Part shown: piece by piece, positions 38,829 through 52,425 of the stretch
How the letters are laid out: the number at the start of each line of letters is the position of its first letter
Numbering within the stretch: the first letter of the stretch is position 1
From: Azolla caroliniana
Lineage: Eukaryota > Plantae > Polypodiophyta
Reading direction: 5' to 3'
DNA: 64,000 nucleotides
Assembly: GCA_043228905.1 (NCBI GenBank)
Contig: JBHGNT010000002.1
Span: 21,948,001-22,012,000, forward strand
Notes under the pieces: model-generated
Databases searched by the model: none
Told to the model about the DNA's origin: nothing
What the model saw: the letters and a program-made list of their open reading frames with translations, nothing else
Position numbers and translations under genes: made by a program

Positions 38829-39561
38829 TGTCGGGAACTCAACGCTCCTTATGTCCAACACTCGGCCACAACCGAGCTTCTTTTCATACGCAGAAAACGG
38901 GAAACAAATGCACAACACGAAGTGAGAGAAGATACACACAATACACAGGAGGTTTATGTGGAAAACCCCAAACTAGGGGGAAAAACCACGGCAGCCCACA
39001 GGCTGCAAACTGTCACTATGTAAGAATGAACAAACAGTGAGTTCACGGAGGCAACGACCTCGTGCTCATGATCTTCGCCACAGGCGGCGGTTACAACAGA
39101 GGCAACAACCTCGTTCTCTCTCTCTCTCTCTCTCTCTCTGTACAGTTACGCGCTCTCCCTTCTTCTTGCAGCAACAAGAAAATCACAACAACAACAGTAA
39201 CAAAAGGTTTGCCCTAAGTCATATTTATACTAATATGACTTTTCGGCTATTTACAAATATACCCTCGATGGGCTCTCAGAAACATATTTACGAATATGTC
39301 TCTTCCTCCGGTTCTCCCCGGGTCTGCGTCCTCCGGCTCTCCGTAGCCGGGTACTCCTCATCCGGTTCACACCGGGCCTGCACCATCTGGCTCTCCGTAG
39401 CCGGGTACTCCTCATCCGGTTCATATCGGGTCTGTATCATCCGGCTCTCCGTAGCCGGGTACTCCTCATCCGGTTTCGGCCGAGGCCTATCGGCCTTGGC
39501 CGAGTTTGTTCATCGGCACTGTTCTTCTCCCTTCCCATCCGGAGGGACCTGTTTCCCAACA
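38829..39561 (-). mobile_element. Solo LTR (733 bp) of the Copia family seen at 180 and 635, with three internal ~57-bp tandem units
   Basis: TG...CA ends with perfect TSD AGTTT; minus-strand start TGTTGGGAAACAGGTCCCTCC; GGCTCTCCGTAGCCGGGTACTCCTCATCCGGTT occurs three times at ~39335-39476. Confidence 0.9.
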
Positions 39562-39837
39562 AGTTTGCCTCTCTGTGCTTTTCTGTGTGAGGACAATGGG
39601 AAAAATAAGGTTTTGTATCGGTGCAGAAGTGGTCCATATCTCAAGATGAAAACGGCTTCAAGAATAGAATCTTCTATTAATGACATCTTTAAGAACCACT
39701 CATTATAAATGATTCTAATGATTGATGTGCCCTTCCATAAATAGGCGTGAAAGAGATAGTGACAAGAAAGTATATATGCCAAGAAAACTTTTTTTTTTTT
39801 TTACTACTGGACTAACCCCTTAATACAAAGTGTTTAC

Positions 39838-42800
39838 TGAAAAGAATGGCGTGTGGAAGCAATATAGGAAAACTGAACAACAGAAAACGCAAGTTTAATG
39901 GAGAGCTTAGGTTTTCACAGTACGCACAGGAGAGACAGAGAGAGAATAACACAAGAACTTAAATTTAAGAAATAATACTCACACTGTACATAGGATGTGC
40001 TCAGTGAGCACTTTTATACAAGCCCTGACAATGGGCTGACACAAGTACTGACAGTACTTGACTGCTCATAAATGAGCCTTGACACTTACTCCCAAAACTA
40101 TTCCTTACGAGGAATATCTTTCTAACGGCCTTTCGGTCTACGCACCGATACGGCCTTTCTACGCACCGGTCTGCGTACCGGTTTTGTGCACCCAGTCTAC
40201 GCACTGGTTACACATCGTATTACGCACAAATGTTGAGCTTGTCTCTCAACACTCCCCCTCAAGCTCAACTTGAGATTCCGCCTGCTTTGCCGGACCTACG
40301 CTCCGGCTTCTCCTAGCTCCACGCCTCGCTCGCACTCCTCGGCCTGGTCGACTCCGTGCGCTTCGACCCTTATCTGAATCAAACATCCGAACCGACTCGG
40401 CTACCTCCGATCGGTTTTCGCTCTCGTCTGAGTTGGCTGTTTCCAACTCGTCTCCGGTCTTCTCGCCTCCCCCATGCCTGGTTGGCTTTGGCTCTTTCTT
40501 TCGGCTGCTCCCCTTGTGTCCGCTTTCAGACTCTTCCGTGGATCCGCTCTCGGCTTCTTCAGCCGATCCGAGGTCTTTTCCGCTCCTTTCCTGCTCCCTT
40601 TCGTGGTCATCTGGGACATTTCTCCCCCTCAAGTTCGGCACGTCGAAGTGACGCAACCCAAGCGCACCCGAAAATTACCACAACTTGTCCAGACCAAGAG
40701 GCTTGGTGAAGATGTCAGCGGTTTGCCGATCCGTCGGAACATATTGAAGTTCGACTTCACCAGAAAGGACACGCTCACGGACAAAATGGTAGTGCAACTC
40801 AATGTGCTTGGTCCGTGCATGGAAGTCGGGGTTCTTCGCGAATTGGATGTTGCTGAGGTTGTCGCAATAGATCGTCGTTGGATCGGACACCTCCACCTGC
40901 AAATCCTAAAGTAGCCGCTTCAACCATATGGCTTTGCATGTTGCGACAACCGCTCCTCTATACTCGGCTTTGGTGCTCGACAGTGCAACTGTTGGCTGCT
41001 TCTTGCTACTCCACGCTATCGCGGCACTCCCAAGAGAGAATGCATGTCCGGACATGGATCGGCGATCGACGACATTGCCGGCCCAGTCGGCATCAGTGTA
41101 GCCGACCAACTACGGGGTTGTATCGGTCCGATATAACAGTCCGCGGTCCTTAGTGCCGCTTACGTACCGCAGTACACGTTGCGCACACTGAAGGTGCTCC
41201 TCGGTAGGTCGCGCCATGAACTGACTGATCACCCCGACCGGATAACTGAGATCGGGTTGGGTGATGGTCAAGTAGATAAGGCTTCCGACAACTTGTCGGA
41301 ACCTTGTCGGATCGCAAACCTTGCCGGAATTGGGGCGAAGCTTGACAGTTCTGTCCAGAGGAGTTGAGACGGACTTACAGTCTGCCATCCCAAATTTGAA
41401 GAGCATATTCAGCGCGTAATGACGTTGGCTGATTAGTATGCCTTCGGGGGTGCGAATCACTTCGATCCCTAGGAAGTAATGAAGGTCCCCCAGATCCTTC
41501 ATGTCGAATGATGCTGCAAGCTGGAGCTTCACGCGGTTGATCTCACCTAGGTCGGCGCCGGTGATGACCAAGTCATCAACATAGAGTAAAATACTGACCA
41601 GCCTGAGTCGACCTTTCCGAATGAACAACGAGGAGTCCAATTTTGACGTCGCAAAGCCCATATGACGCAGCCAATGTGTGATTTTTGCATTCCAGGCACG
41701 CGGGGCTTGCTTCAATCCGTAAAGGGACTTCTTCAATCGGCATACTGCCGACGTATTCGGTCCGGAGTGAAATCCGGGGGGCTGTATTATGTACACTTGG
41801 TCCTCAAGCTCACCTTGCAGGAATGCATTCTTTACATCCATCTGATGTAGGTGCCACCCCTTGGCCGAAGCTACTGCGAGCAAAACACGGACGGTCGTCA
41901 TCTTTGCGACCGGCGCAAACGTCTCATCGTAGTCGATGCCATGTTTTTGCGCGTAGCCTTGTGCCACTAACCGGGCCTTGTATCGGTTGACCGAGCTGTC
42001 GGTGTTGTACTTGACCTTGTACACCCACCTACATCCGATCGGCTTCACACCCTTCGGTGCGTCAACCAGGTCCCAGGTCTCGTTTTCCGCCAACGCGTGC
42101 ATCTCTTTCTCAATCGCGGCGCGCCAATTCGCGTCCTTCGCCGCTTCTGCGTAGCTCCCCGGCTCACGCACTTCCGCTTCACGGGTCATGTATGTATAGT
42201 GATGCGCCATGTACTTGTTGTATCCAAACCGCACAATTGGGTTCTTTTGGCGGGTAGATCGGCGTAAACGGTCATTTGCCGATGTCGAGGTCTTCTCGGC
42301 CGACCCGGACTTCGTTCCTGAAGGCCCATCGCCACTTCCCTCGGAGTCGGACTCGCGTCGGTCTGACTTGTTCCTATCCGTGCCGGAATCCGACATCTTC
42401 TTCTTCCCTTTCTCTTCATGCGTAAGCCCTCTCCTCGGCTTCCTACGCGGGGAATGCACGGCCGAGTCTCCACTACTCGTCGGCTCTTCATCGGACTGGT
42501 CGTACCAACTCAGTCGTCCATTCGGTCCACTTAACCGAAATGAAATCGAACTCTCTTCGGGGGTCCCGATTTCAGGCTTAGCCGGAGGCACCTCGGCCTC
42601 GCTGTCCTCATCGTCAGAACTCAGATTGGAGGTGAGATCCGGTGTCGGAGGCAAGTACCAGGATGCAGACTCATCAAACACAACGTCACGGCTCACACGC
42701 GGTTGTTTGGTACGTGGGTTATAGCACTTATAACCCTTTTGCTCATCCGAATAGCCGACCAAGATACACTTCTTGGCTTTTGCGTCCAACTTCCTCCTTT

Positions 42801-45407
42801 TCTCCTTCGGCACATATACATACGCAATGCTACGAAAAACTCGTAAATGTCGCAAGTTCGGCTTTGTTCCAAAGTATAGCTCGTGCGCCGACACTTTTTC
42901 TCCGATCCGGTTCTAGATGTATACTGCAGTTCTTACCGCCTCGGCCCAATAGAACTTGGGCAAGCTCTTCTCCTCCAGCATTGCGCGTTCAGCTTCCACA
43001 ATCGATCAATTTTTTCTCTCGGCCACGTCGTTTTGCTCTGGCGTGTATCTACAACTGAATTCGCGCCGAATTCCCATTTGTTGTAGATAACCGTTGAATT
43101 GACCAGAAAAGTATTCTTTTCCGCCATCTGACCGCAGGCACTTGATCTTTCTTCCTGTTTCCGTTTCCACGAACCTTTTGAGGTCCCGGAAACAGTCGAA
43201 GACTTCGCTTTTCCTCTCAATGAGGTAGATCCACGTGTGTCGCGTGTAGTCGTCTATGAAGGAGACAAAATATCGGCTCCCGCCAAGACTAACGTTTTGT
43301 GCCGGCCCCCACACGTCATAGTGTATCAAGTCTAGCTTGTTCCGGCTCCGGTTACGCTCGTTTGGGAAAGGAAGTCGGTGTTGCTTCCCAAGCTGGCAGG
43401 CTTCACAAATTTGTGCCTTCCGGCCACTAAATTTGGGCAATCCAAACACCACTTGTTTTGATTGCAGGTCTTGAAGCCGTTGGTAGTTGACGTGGCCTAT
43501 CCGTTTGTACCATAAGTCGATGTCCGACTCGACTTTTTGTCCCTTCGCGAACATTGCGGTGCCACCGTCAGTAGAGTCAAGGATAAACATCCTCCCATCT
43601 CTGCGCCCTTGCGCAATAATACGGCCTTCTTCCTCAATGAAGCACCCAAGATGCGTAAACCGAACCTGCATCCCCTAGTTGACGATCTGTCCGACCGACA
43701 CCAGATTCTTCGTGATGGTCGGGACGTGTAACACGTTCATAAGTTTCCCTTTCTGCCCTACATGGCTCAAGGGAACTTCACCGACATTCGCGATCGGATG
43801 CGAAGGGTCGTCTCTAGTTGCGACTACTCCTGGTTGCGTCGGTTTCTCAAGGTATGAGAACCACTCCTTGTGGCACGTCATGTGGTTTGACGCACCGGAG
43901 TCGACATACCACACCTCGTCTGATTTCGGGGCGGACTGTTTCATTGAGTTTGCTTCGTGTCTCGTCACGAAGACTGACCCTTTTCCGGCTTTTCCGGATC
44001 CTTCAGCGTAGTGCGATCGCTGCCGATTTCCTTTGTCGGTATGTCCGGAACCAGACCTCTCCGACTCGGTGCGCTTCTTCCAGCACTCGCTCTCCCTGTG
44101 GCCTTTCTTGCCATAGTAATAGCATTCCGAGGCGGATTTCCCTTTCTGGTTCTCGTCACCTCGACTCCCCATGTTTCCGGAGGGTCTGGAATTGCTGTCG
44201 GCATCACTTCGATGCGTTCTTCCTTGATCCCATCAGCCGCTTCCATTGCGTACCGACTCACCTCGTCCACCATGACCACGGGGCCTTTCTCCCTCTGTGT
44301 ACAACATCTTGTTGTCGGTGTGCGTGCTCGTCGACGCACCCACGTGGTTCTCCTCTACCAAGAGCATCGACTGTAAGTCGAAAAAGGACGGCGTATTCTC
44401 CCAGGTACACACTGCAGTTCGGAACGCCCCGAACTTCGACGCCAAACCTTCGAGACCGACCTGGACCATCTCACTTTCCTTCGATGTTCACATCGATGGA
44501 AGCTAAGGAGTCGCATATGTCCTTAATCCTCGAGGTATAGTTAGCCACCGACAAATCGCGTTGTCGTAGGTTGCTCAACTCCTGTTGAAGCTGAAGCTTC
44601 CTGGCTGTGGTGCTCGTGGCGAAAATCTTCTTTAGATTTTCCCATGCACCCTTGGGCATTTTTGCATCCCGAATGTAGCTTAGTAGCTGTTCACCCACAC
44701 AAGACGCGAAGTAGTATAGCACTCTGCTCGCCGATTGTTCCCACGCTGGGAAGTCTTTGTGTGTCGAATTGGGTGTTGTGTCATTTGCTCCATCGACATA
44801 ACTCTAGTAACCATGTCCGAGCAGGTACTGGTGCATCTTGTAGGAACAAGATGCGTAGTTGGTTCTGTCGAGCTTCTCCGTTGGAAGCGAGCTAGCCATT
44901 CCTCTGTCCATCGGTTTTCTTGTTCTTCTTCGTTGGTTTTTCCTTCAAGCAAATTCAGCTGCAGAGGTTCTCAACCCTCTCGCTCTGATACCATGAAAAG
45001 AATGGTGTGCGGAAGCAATATAGGAAAACTGAACAACAGAAAATGCAGGTTTAATGGAGAGCTTAGGTTTTCACAGTATGCACAGGAGAGGCAGAGAGAG
45101 AGTAACACAAGAACTTAAATTTAAGAAATAATACTCACACTGTACATAGGATGTGCTCAGTGAGCACTTTTATACAAGCCCTGACAATGGGCTGACACAA
45201 GTATTGACAGTACTTGACTGCTCATAAATGAGCCTCGACACTTACTCCCAAAACTATTCCTTACGAGGAATATCTTTCTAACGGCCTTTCGGTCTACACA
45301 CAGATACAGCCTTTCTACGCACCGGTTTGCGTACCGGTTTTGTGCACCCAGTCTACGCACTGGTTACGCATTGTATTACGCACAAATGTTGAGCTTGTCT
45401 CTCAACA
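39838..45407 (-). mobile_element. Full-length Ty1/Copia LTR retrotransposon (5570 bp), pseudogenised
   Basis: LTRs 39838-40251 and 44994-45407 (414 bp, about 15 differences), TSD TTTAC, PBS TGGTATCAGAGC (tRNA-iMet) at 44982-44993, PPT TTGAGGGGGAG. Domain order gag, degenerate zinc knuckle, protease (WYVDSGAS), integrase, RT (YVDD), RNase H. Confidence 0.97.
40246..44925 (-). pseudogene. Copia gag-pol with at least five premature in-frame stops and frameshifts in gag
   Basis: ORF pieces 43675-44172, 43006-43671, 41110-42894, 40906-41109, 40675-40902 and 40246-40656 all share one frame. Confidence 0.9.
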
Positions 45408-45889
45408 TTTACAAACATAACCCTTTTAATTGATTATGGTTGATCGACCATCATTGGGTTGGTCGATCGACTACCCATAGTAGTGTTGATTGTTAGGTCG
45501 GCTTGGTCATTCAACTCTTTAGGTAGAAATGGATTGGTCGGAGTTAGCCCATAGTATGGTTTAAGCCGAAAACCGTTAACCCACTTTGGCATTACTAGAT
45601 TGGTTGTAAAGTATTGTTACTTGAGATATTTCCTAAAGCAATAATTGTTGCATGGGAGCAGGATATTTGAATGAATATAGGGACTTGGTAAGGTCACATG
45701 ACCCAGAGGTCAAAAGCAAGGCATCCTATTGTTGGTAGCGGCACAAGAACCATACTATCAATGATCTAAAGGAAGCTTTTTGGCTCGTATTGTTCATCGG
45801 TTGTGCTTATGATATTCAATGAATTTCCACAATGTTTGATAATAACAAACTGGAGTGAGTCAACAAGCACACCAAGCTTGTAAGTCGCA

Positions 45890-46333
45890 ATTGGGCAACA
45901 GTTTGGTTTGAACGACTTGAACTGCGAAACCTCAGTTTAACAACTTAACTGTTTGGCTCAAGTTCAAGTCTTTGTAACGGTTTAGTTTAGCTCGATTTGA
46001 ACCTTTATCAACTTAACGGTTTCTAGTCTAAACGGTTTAGAATTGACATTTTCTTGATTGATAATTTATTTTCTTAATTATTTTTTTGAACAACCTTTTA
46101 ATTTCAACGCCTAATTTTCGGAGAAATCTTTAACATTTTGAAAATTCAAAAATTGAAGTTTGACCTAACTTAAACCAACACCGAAGTGTAGTTGTAATAG
46201 TTTGAAAATATCTAAAGCCAGTGGTTTGAGCTTAAATTTTTTGTAGTGGTTCAGTTTGAACGACTTCATGTTTTAGTTCAGTTTAGTTCAGTTTTAGTTT
46301 CAAAATTTTAAAACAATTTGAGTTTGCCACTCT
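45890..46333. mobile_element. Possible non-autonomous DNA element (MITE/Helitron-like)
   Basis: GGCAAC...GTTTGCCAC ends with internal GTTTA/GTTCA/TTGAAC subrepeats; no TSD found. Confidence 0.25.
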
Positions 46334-48078
46334 CACATTGAATCAAACCATTTTCGATTGCAACTCTTAAAGTTGTAATTCTTGTACATGACTTGCCATA
46401 CTTGGAGCCAAAGTTTAATATTTGTTGTTTATAGGCTTTGATAATGCTCATTAATCCTTGAACACACACATACACATCAACATGTTGTCAATAGTATAGC
46501 TTTTTGTACATATCACAGTTATGTGTGTGTAGATGTAACAATCCCTTGGCCTCTACTCTAAGTAAAGAATTTGTAGCACGTTATCAACACATGGTCCGGT
46601 CATGAGGAGAAACTCACGAAAGCCTCTAGATCGAGACAAGTTAAGGAAAGCTAAGGAGTTTGTAAGAAAATTTTAAAAAGGGTCAAAACATCCTATTGCT
46701 AATGGGAAGATGTAGGCTCAAGTCTTGTATGAAAGAGAAACCAACATTTGTAATATGTTTTGTTGATACATGCAAACCCAAAAATAGTAATATTTCAACT
46801 ATAAAAAAGAAGGGTTGCCTCATTTGTGCGCTCATTTGTGTGGGTCTAGACTTTAGACTGGGGACTCAGATAAAGGGAGCAAGAAAAGGGAAAAATCGCT
46901 CACTCAATTTGCACTCAATGCATTTTATCTGGCGAGACAAGAGCAAGGAGTGAAGAGATTGAAGGTGAGACAAGAGTTTAGAAGCGGGGAGGGATCTAGT
47001 GTTGAAAAGGGAGCGAGGAGTGCAATGAGACTAAGAGCAAGAAAGGAACATAAAATTGAGAAGGCTAGCTAGGAATGAAGCCAAACTACTAAATGCTAGA
47101 TACCTCTCTTGGCTCAAAGCTCACGTGGTTCCATCACACATGTATGTGCATTTTCATGATGACATGCGTTCAAAGCCCATATTCCTATGTTTTTAGTGTT
47201 TTAGAGACCTTTTTTGTAGAAAACAATTGATAAAAATATCATACATGATATAGCTTTGGAGGTTTTAGGGAATTGAAATTATGGATTCATGTGCTCATGG
47301 ATTATATGGTGTATGGATCATACACAATTTACTTTTTTGGAGATTTTGGGAAAGTGGACATAGGTATTCACGTCTTCTTGGACCCTAAAGGGTGACATTT
47401 AACAAACAAACACATAGTCCAAAATCGTTGAAATGCATAAACCTCTCTCGCACTTTGCAACTCAAGGTTGCATGAATACTTAGTTCCAATTCCCAAAGCC
47501 TCTAAATCTATGTTATGCATGAACCAACAAATTGGATGCCCTAGAGACTAGGAACGAACGCATGCACACTTTTACAGTTCCAAGAAACCTACAAGATTCT
47601 CACACTCTCAACCTATGAAAGAACATTGAACATTATAGCAAGGTCCTACCAATACTTAAAAAGTGCCACATTAATTGAAATGGCAAAGTCTAGTGCATAA
47701 ACGATTACACATACATCAAGAAAACCCTAAAACCCACACTAATTTTTATATTCTATTATCACATGGCAAGAATGTAAGGCAATTATCATGAGTCTTGAAG
47801 TTGGCATGTAGAATAATCACCTCAAGTCAATGACCATCACTAGAGTTTTAACACAACACATCAAAGTTCAAAAGACAACCACCCAACTATTCATAGAGTG
47901 GCAACCCAAATGATGTGTATCAATATGTACAATATTTTTTTATTTTTTTTTTTGAAAAATATCCTTTCATTAGTTATGAACAACATTACAAAAAATTGAC
48001 CTACCATCAAGCTACCATTGATCTGGTGCATTCTTCCTTAGGTCCCATCCCTCAACACTCCACCACTCCTTAACCAAG

Positions 48079-51000
48079 TTATGTGATTGGTGGTGGGAAC
48101 AACCATACTGGTGGCGCTAAGCACCATTTAGGTCTTGAATTTTGTATTGTGAGAAAAGGGGTCTTCTTCCAATAGACAATAAATTCGAGACGTTGCAACA
48201 CTGCAACATCTGTCTCACCTTTAATATCCTCATACTGTCCTTTCAAGGTATGTACCATCTCCATCCAGACATTCCGTGTACTTTCCACTGGATGAATAGT
48301 AGTATTACCAAACACCTTAGAACACCTAGCAGTCCAAATAAACCACATTGTGGTGGTGCATAGTAGCTCCCATACCTCTTGCATTGTCTTTAACATGTAA
48401 GGAGCCTCCATTTGACTTTGTTGCACCGCCATTATCCTTCCTCTTTGAATTCTAATAATCGTGTCATTTGGGCATGCATCATATGGCCACACCACTTGTG
48501 CCACTGTGGCCCATACTACCATACCCCACGAAAAACTGCAATCCCTAAACATAAAGGCAAGAACTCGGAACACTCGCCTCCAAACTTGCTGTGCAGCATG
48601 ACATTCCCACAAGCAATGTTTCAATGTCTCCATCTGACAACAACAATAGATGCATGCGGTCGGTGCAGCTGATTGTTGCAACCATTGGCCAATTGGCAAT
48701 GCTCTATGTATTACTAACCATTGGAAGACATTTATTTTCATATCTTGCTTCCTTTTCCATAATGTTCCCCAAAACTTTGTTAGGAATTCCGATGTGATCC
48801 CTTGGTGGTTCCAAAATTGACTAGCTCGTGGTGTAGTCCTACGTTGAGCTGCCAAAATGTGTCGTCCCATCTTAACTGAATACTGAAAAAAACCATACCT
48901 TTTTCCCATACGATCAAACGGATCTTTCCACCAAAATTCTCCCGGATCCCATTGCAACCTTATCAAAGGTTTCTTTTCAAAAACTCTCAGTTTCCAATGC
49001 TCCTTGACCGCCTCAACTTGTGGGTCGATGAGCCACTTAGATCCGTCATAAGCAAGGACCCTTATTTTAGAAAATGTAGCATATTGCAAGATCTCTGTTT
49101 GTATCGTTGCACTACTTATACTGCCATCTTCCTCCACCTCATAGTCTTGACATCGTCCGCAAGACAAATGTCCCCTTACCCCCACTAGCACTTGAAGCCT
49201 CGTAAATGCTCCTTCCCACTTGGGAGGGTTAAAGGATCATATCGTAACGTCAGAGTGCCCCAAAACTGACTGCACTTGGTCCCACATAATCAGCCCCCCT
49301 CTCAAGGAAGACAAGAATTCTGATCTGTCATTTATATTCAGAGTATGAAATGATTTCCATGCATCAACGGACACTCTTGGCCCTACATCGAGCTTGGCCC
49401 AATCCAATCGCGTTCGGGACCCCAACATGTGCCCTGATGGCAAACGCATATTCGGATTCCACACTAAGTTTTGTCTCAAGTATTCGTCCTCACATGTTGG
49501 TACACCATGTTCCAACCCTTTATGTACATGCTCCCATGCTCGTAGAAGACCATTAAAAAATTTGTCTTCCCAATTCCTAGACATAACATGTTTCTTGTCT
49601 GGTATAAAAATCCACCTTATGCTATCAGCCCATAATCCACCCATCGACGGAGCACAACTATACAATCTTTGCATAAGTAATTGCTTCCAAGGAGCATGTC
49701 CTGGTAAAAGGCCACGAATTATTAGTTTTGCTAACAAGGCCATGCATTGGTCTAATGGATCTATAATCCCCAAACCACCGTATTGTTTTGGGGTTATCAA
49801 TGTACTCCAAGCCACCTTCGCTCTTACATGACTCTTATCTTCCCCAGCCCATATAAAATTCCTAACCAGCCTTCGAATTTGTCCAATGCACGATTTTGAA
49901 AAGATCCAAGATGAGGCTATATACCACACCGTAGATAGTAGCACATGGTTGGCAACTATCACTCTACCGGCCAAAGATAGTTTAGCATGACTCCACAAGA
50001 ATAATTTTTTCCTCAAAGTTAATAGTAATGGTGCAGCATGTAATTCTGGAACCAAATCAATCCCAACCTACACTCCAAGATATCGAACCGCAACTCCTCT
50101 TTGAGTCCATTGGAAAGTATGATGCGGTGCCCAACAAGGCGGCAGCTCCTTGCTTACCCAAAATGCAACAGTTTTCTCCCAATTTAGCTTAGCTCTAGAC
50201 GCTATACAAAACTGTGACAAAGCCCCTTGTACTTGTTGCAAATTCGTTAGAGTCCCATCCACATATAATGCAGTGTCATCTGCAAATTCCGAGTCCAATA
50301 TATCTTGTCCATGCATTGGCATTGCCAAACCACGCAAGCCTATAGATTGTGATGATATAAATGCATGCATTGCTTCCGCAAACAGAAGGAACAAAAATGG
50401 TGCAAGTGGACATCCTTGGCGAACTGATCGAGTAATGTTAAAACGAGGTCCTACTCCACCTGCCAACAACACCTGACTGTGTGCATTTCTATAAAGACAA
50501 GAAACACCTTTAATCCATGCCGTGTTGAAGCCCAAGTGATGCATAGTACCTTCCAAAAAATTCCAGTCAACCCTATCATACGCTTTCTCAAAATCTAAAA
50601 GCAACACGGCTAGATTTTGTTTGTTTTTTACCGCTACTGCAGTAGCCTCCCAAAATGTAAAAACATTATCCATAATACTCCTTTCCCTCATAAAACCAGT
50701 TTGCGATACATGAATTATCTTTGGTAATACCTCTTGTAACCGAGAACTAAGCAACTTTGCAAATAGCTTATAACTAGTATTCAAGAGGGTGATTGGCCTC
50801 CACTTACGAATATCTTCTGAAACTCCTTCTGTTTTAGGTATAAGATAAATAAGCCCCTCAGATAACGACATGGGCATCTCTCCACTTTCAAACATATGTT
50901 GGTAAGCATCTTTTAAGTCTTTCTTCAGTATCCCCCAATATTTCTTGTAGAATTTAGGTGTAAGTCCATCCACTCCAGGACAACTATTGTCCGATAAAGA

Positions 51001-52425
51001 GTGTAGCGCTTGTTCCAACTCCAATTCTGTAATAGGTGACAACAATGAATCTTGCATTGCTTGAGTAACCTTGGGTTGAATTTCCGCCCAGACCTTCATT
51101 CTATTTTGGCTTATCTCCTCAGAGATAGGCTCTTCTGACAAAAGGGTAGCGTAGAATTTCGTGGCAATTACCCGCACAACATTTGGATCCATTTCAAGTT
51201 CGCCATTTTCATTCCGCAAACAACAGGTTACATTAGAGACTCTTTTGGGGCCTTTAATATTAAAAAATTGTTTTGTACATCTATCCCCAATTTGCGTCCA
51301 TCTTGAAGCAGAATTGTGATACCTAAATTGACTACGACATTCTTCCATATGTTGAACTTGTTTTCGGGCTTCTTCAAGATGTGAAGCTATCCACACACAC
51401 TCTGGTCGACCCTGTTGCAATCTTTGCAAAGATAGCAATCTTGCCCTCATCCTTCTTTCCTTCTCCAGATATTCCATATATTCAGATCTTGATTTTAACG
51501 CAAAATATTGTGATATCTCCGTCAAAGCACAAGCCACTTTGATTGTAATGGGAGCATCCATATTATCTTTGTTCTGCCAAATATCTGTCACTTGATTATA
51601 CCATCTATCATGTAACATTACTTTTTCGGGTATCCTAAATCGTATGGACTCCCTTTTCGATTGCCCAAAGGTTCTCAATATAACAGGAGCATGATCAGAG
51701 AAAGTTGTGCCTGGCATAATAGTGATATTTCCCCCATTTAAGACAAAGGCCTCCCCCACATAAAATCTATCCAATCTTGAAAGATTGGTTCCAGCTATTC
51801 TCCTATCCGAACGTGAGAAACTCAAGGAATTCTGAGATCTATAAACATTAGGCATATGCCATGCATCCAAAATACTCAATTTCAAACACATCCGTTCCCA
51901 TACTGCTAATTCCTCCCCATGAATTGTTGAAACACTCCCACCTTTCCTATCCTCTGGGTCCTCAAGCATATTAAAATCCCCTGCAACACACCAATGAGAC
52001 ACATTTGGTAATGCATTTGTAATTTCACACCAAAAGTGTTTCCTAGCCGATGCATGATTTGGCGCGTAGATATTCAAGTAACCCCAAGTTGTATGTAAAT
52101 CTTGTAATACAATATATTGTGCTCTTCCTGGCACAATGATCTCTTTGCATATAATACTTGATTTCCAATGATGTGCAATTGCCATACACACCCCGCCTTG
52201 TGTACCACTAGTGCCAATAGCCGGGGACCAAAACATCTCCCAACTACCAGGTAATATAGTGCCATAGTTCCTTATTCTTTGCTCATTCAAATGATGTTCT
52301 TGAAACATCATAATGTCCAATGATCCATTCGTGAGACACTTTTGTAATTCCTGCCTTAACCTACCTCTATATCTTCGGTATAAGGGACCTCCCAAGCCCT
52401 GAACATTCCATGTGAGGAGCCTCAT
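48079..52425 (-). pseudogene. L1 ORF2 (APE endonuclease, RT, zf-RVT), 1449 codons with two premature stops
   Basis: LLTWNVQG, GDFN, RLDRFY, SDH; DFEKAYD, RQGCPLAP, FADD; ETLKHCLWEC. One frame with stops at 50068 and 49237. Confidence 0.92.

Noticed and set aside
39037-39708. 223-aa ORF with repeated LSVAGYSSSG
   Set aside because: Translation of the solo LTR's internal tandem repeats; it runs across the LTR boundary.
32640-45880. Possible old host retroelement containing the LINE, solo LTR and Copia
   Set aside because: The intervening pieces look TE-like, but no termini or diagnostic domains could be defined.
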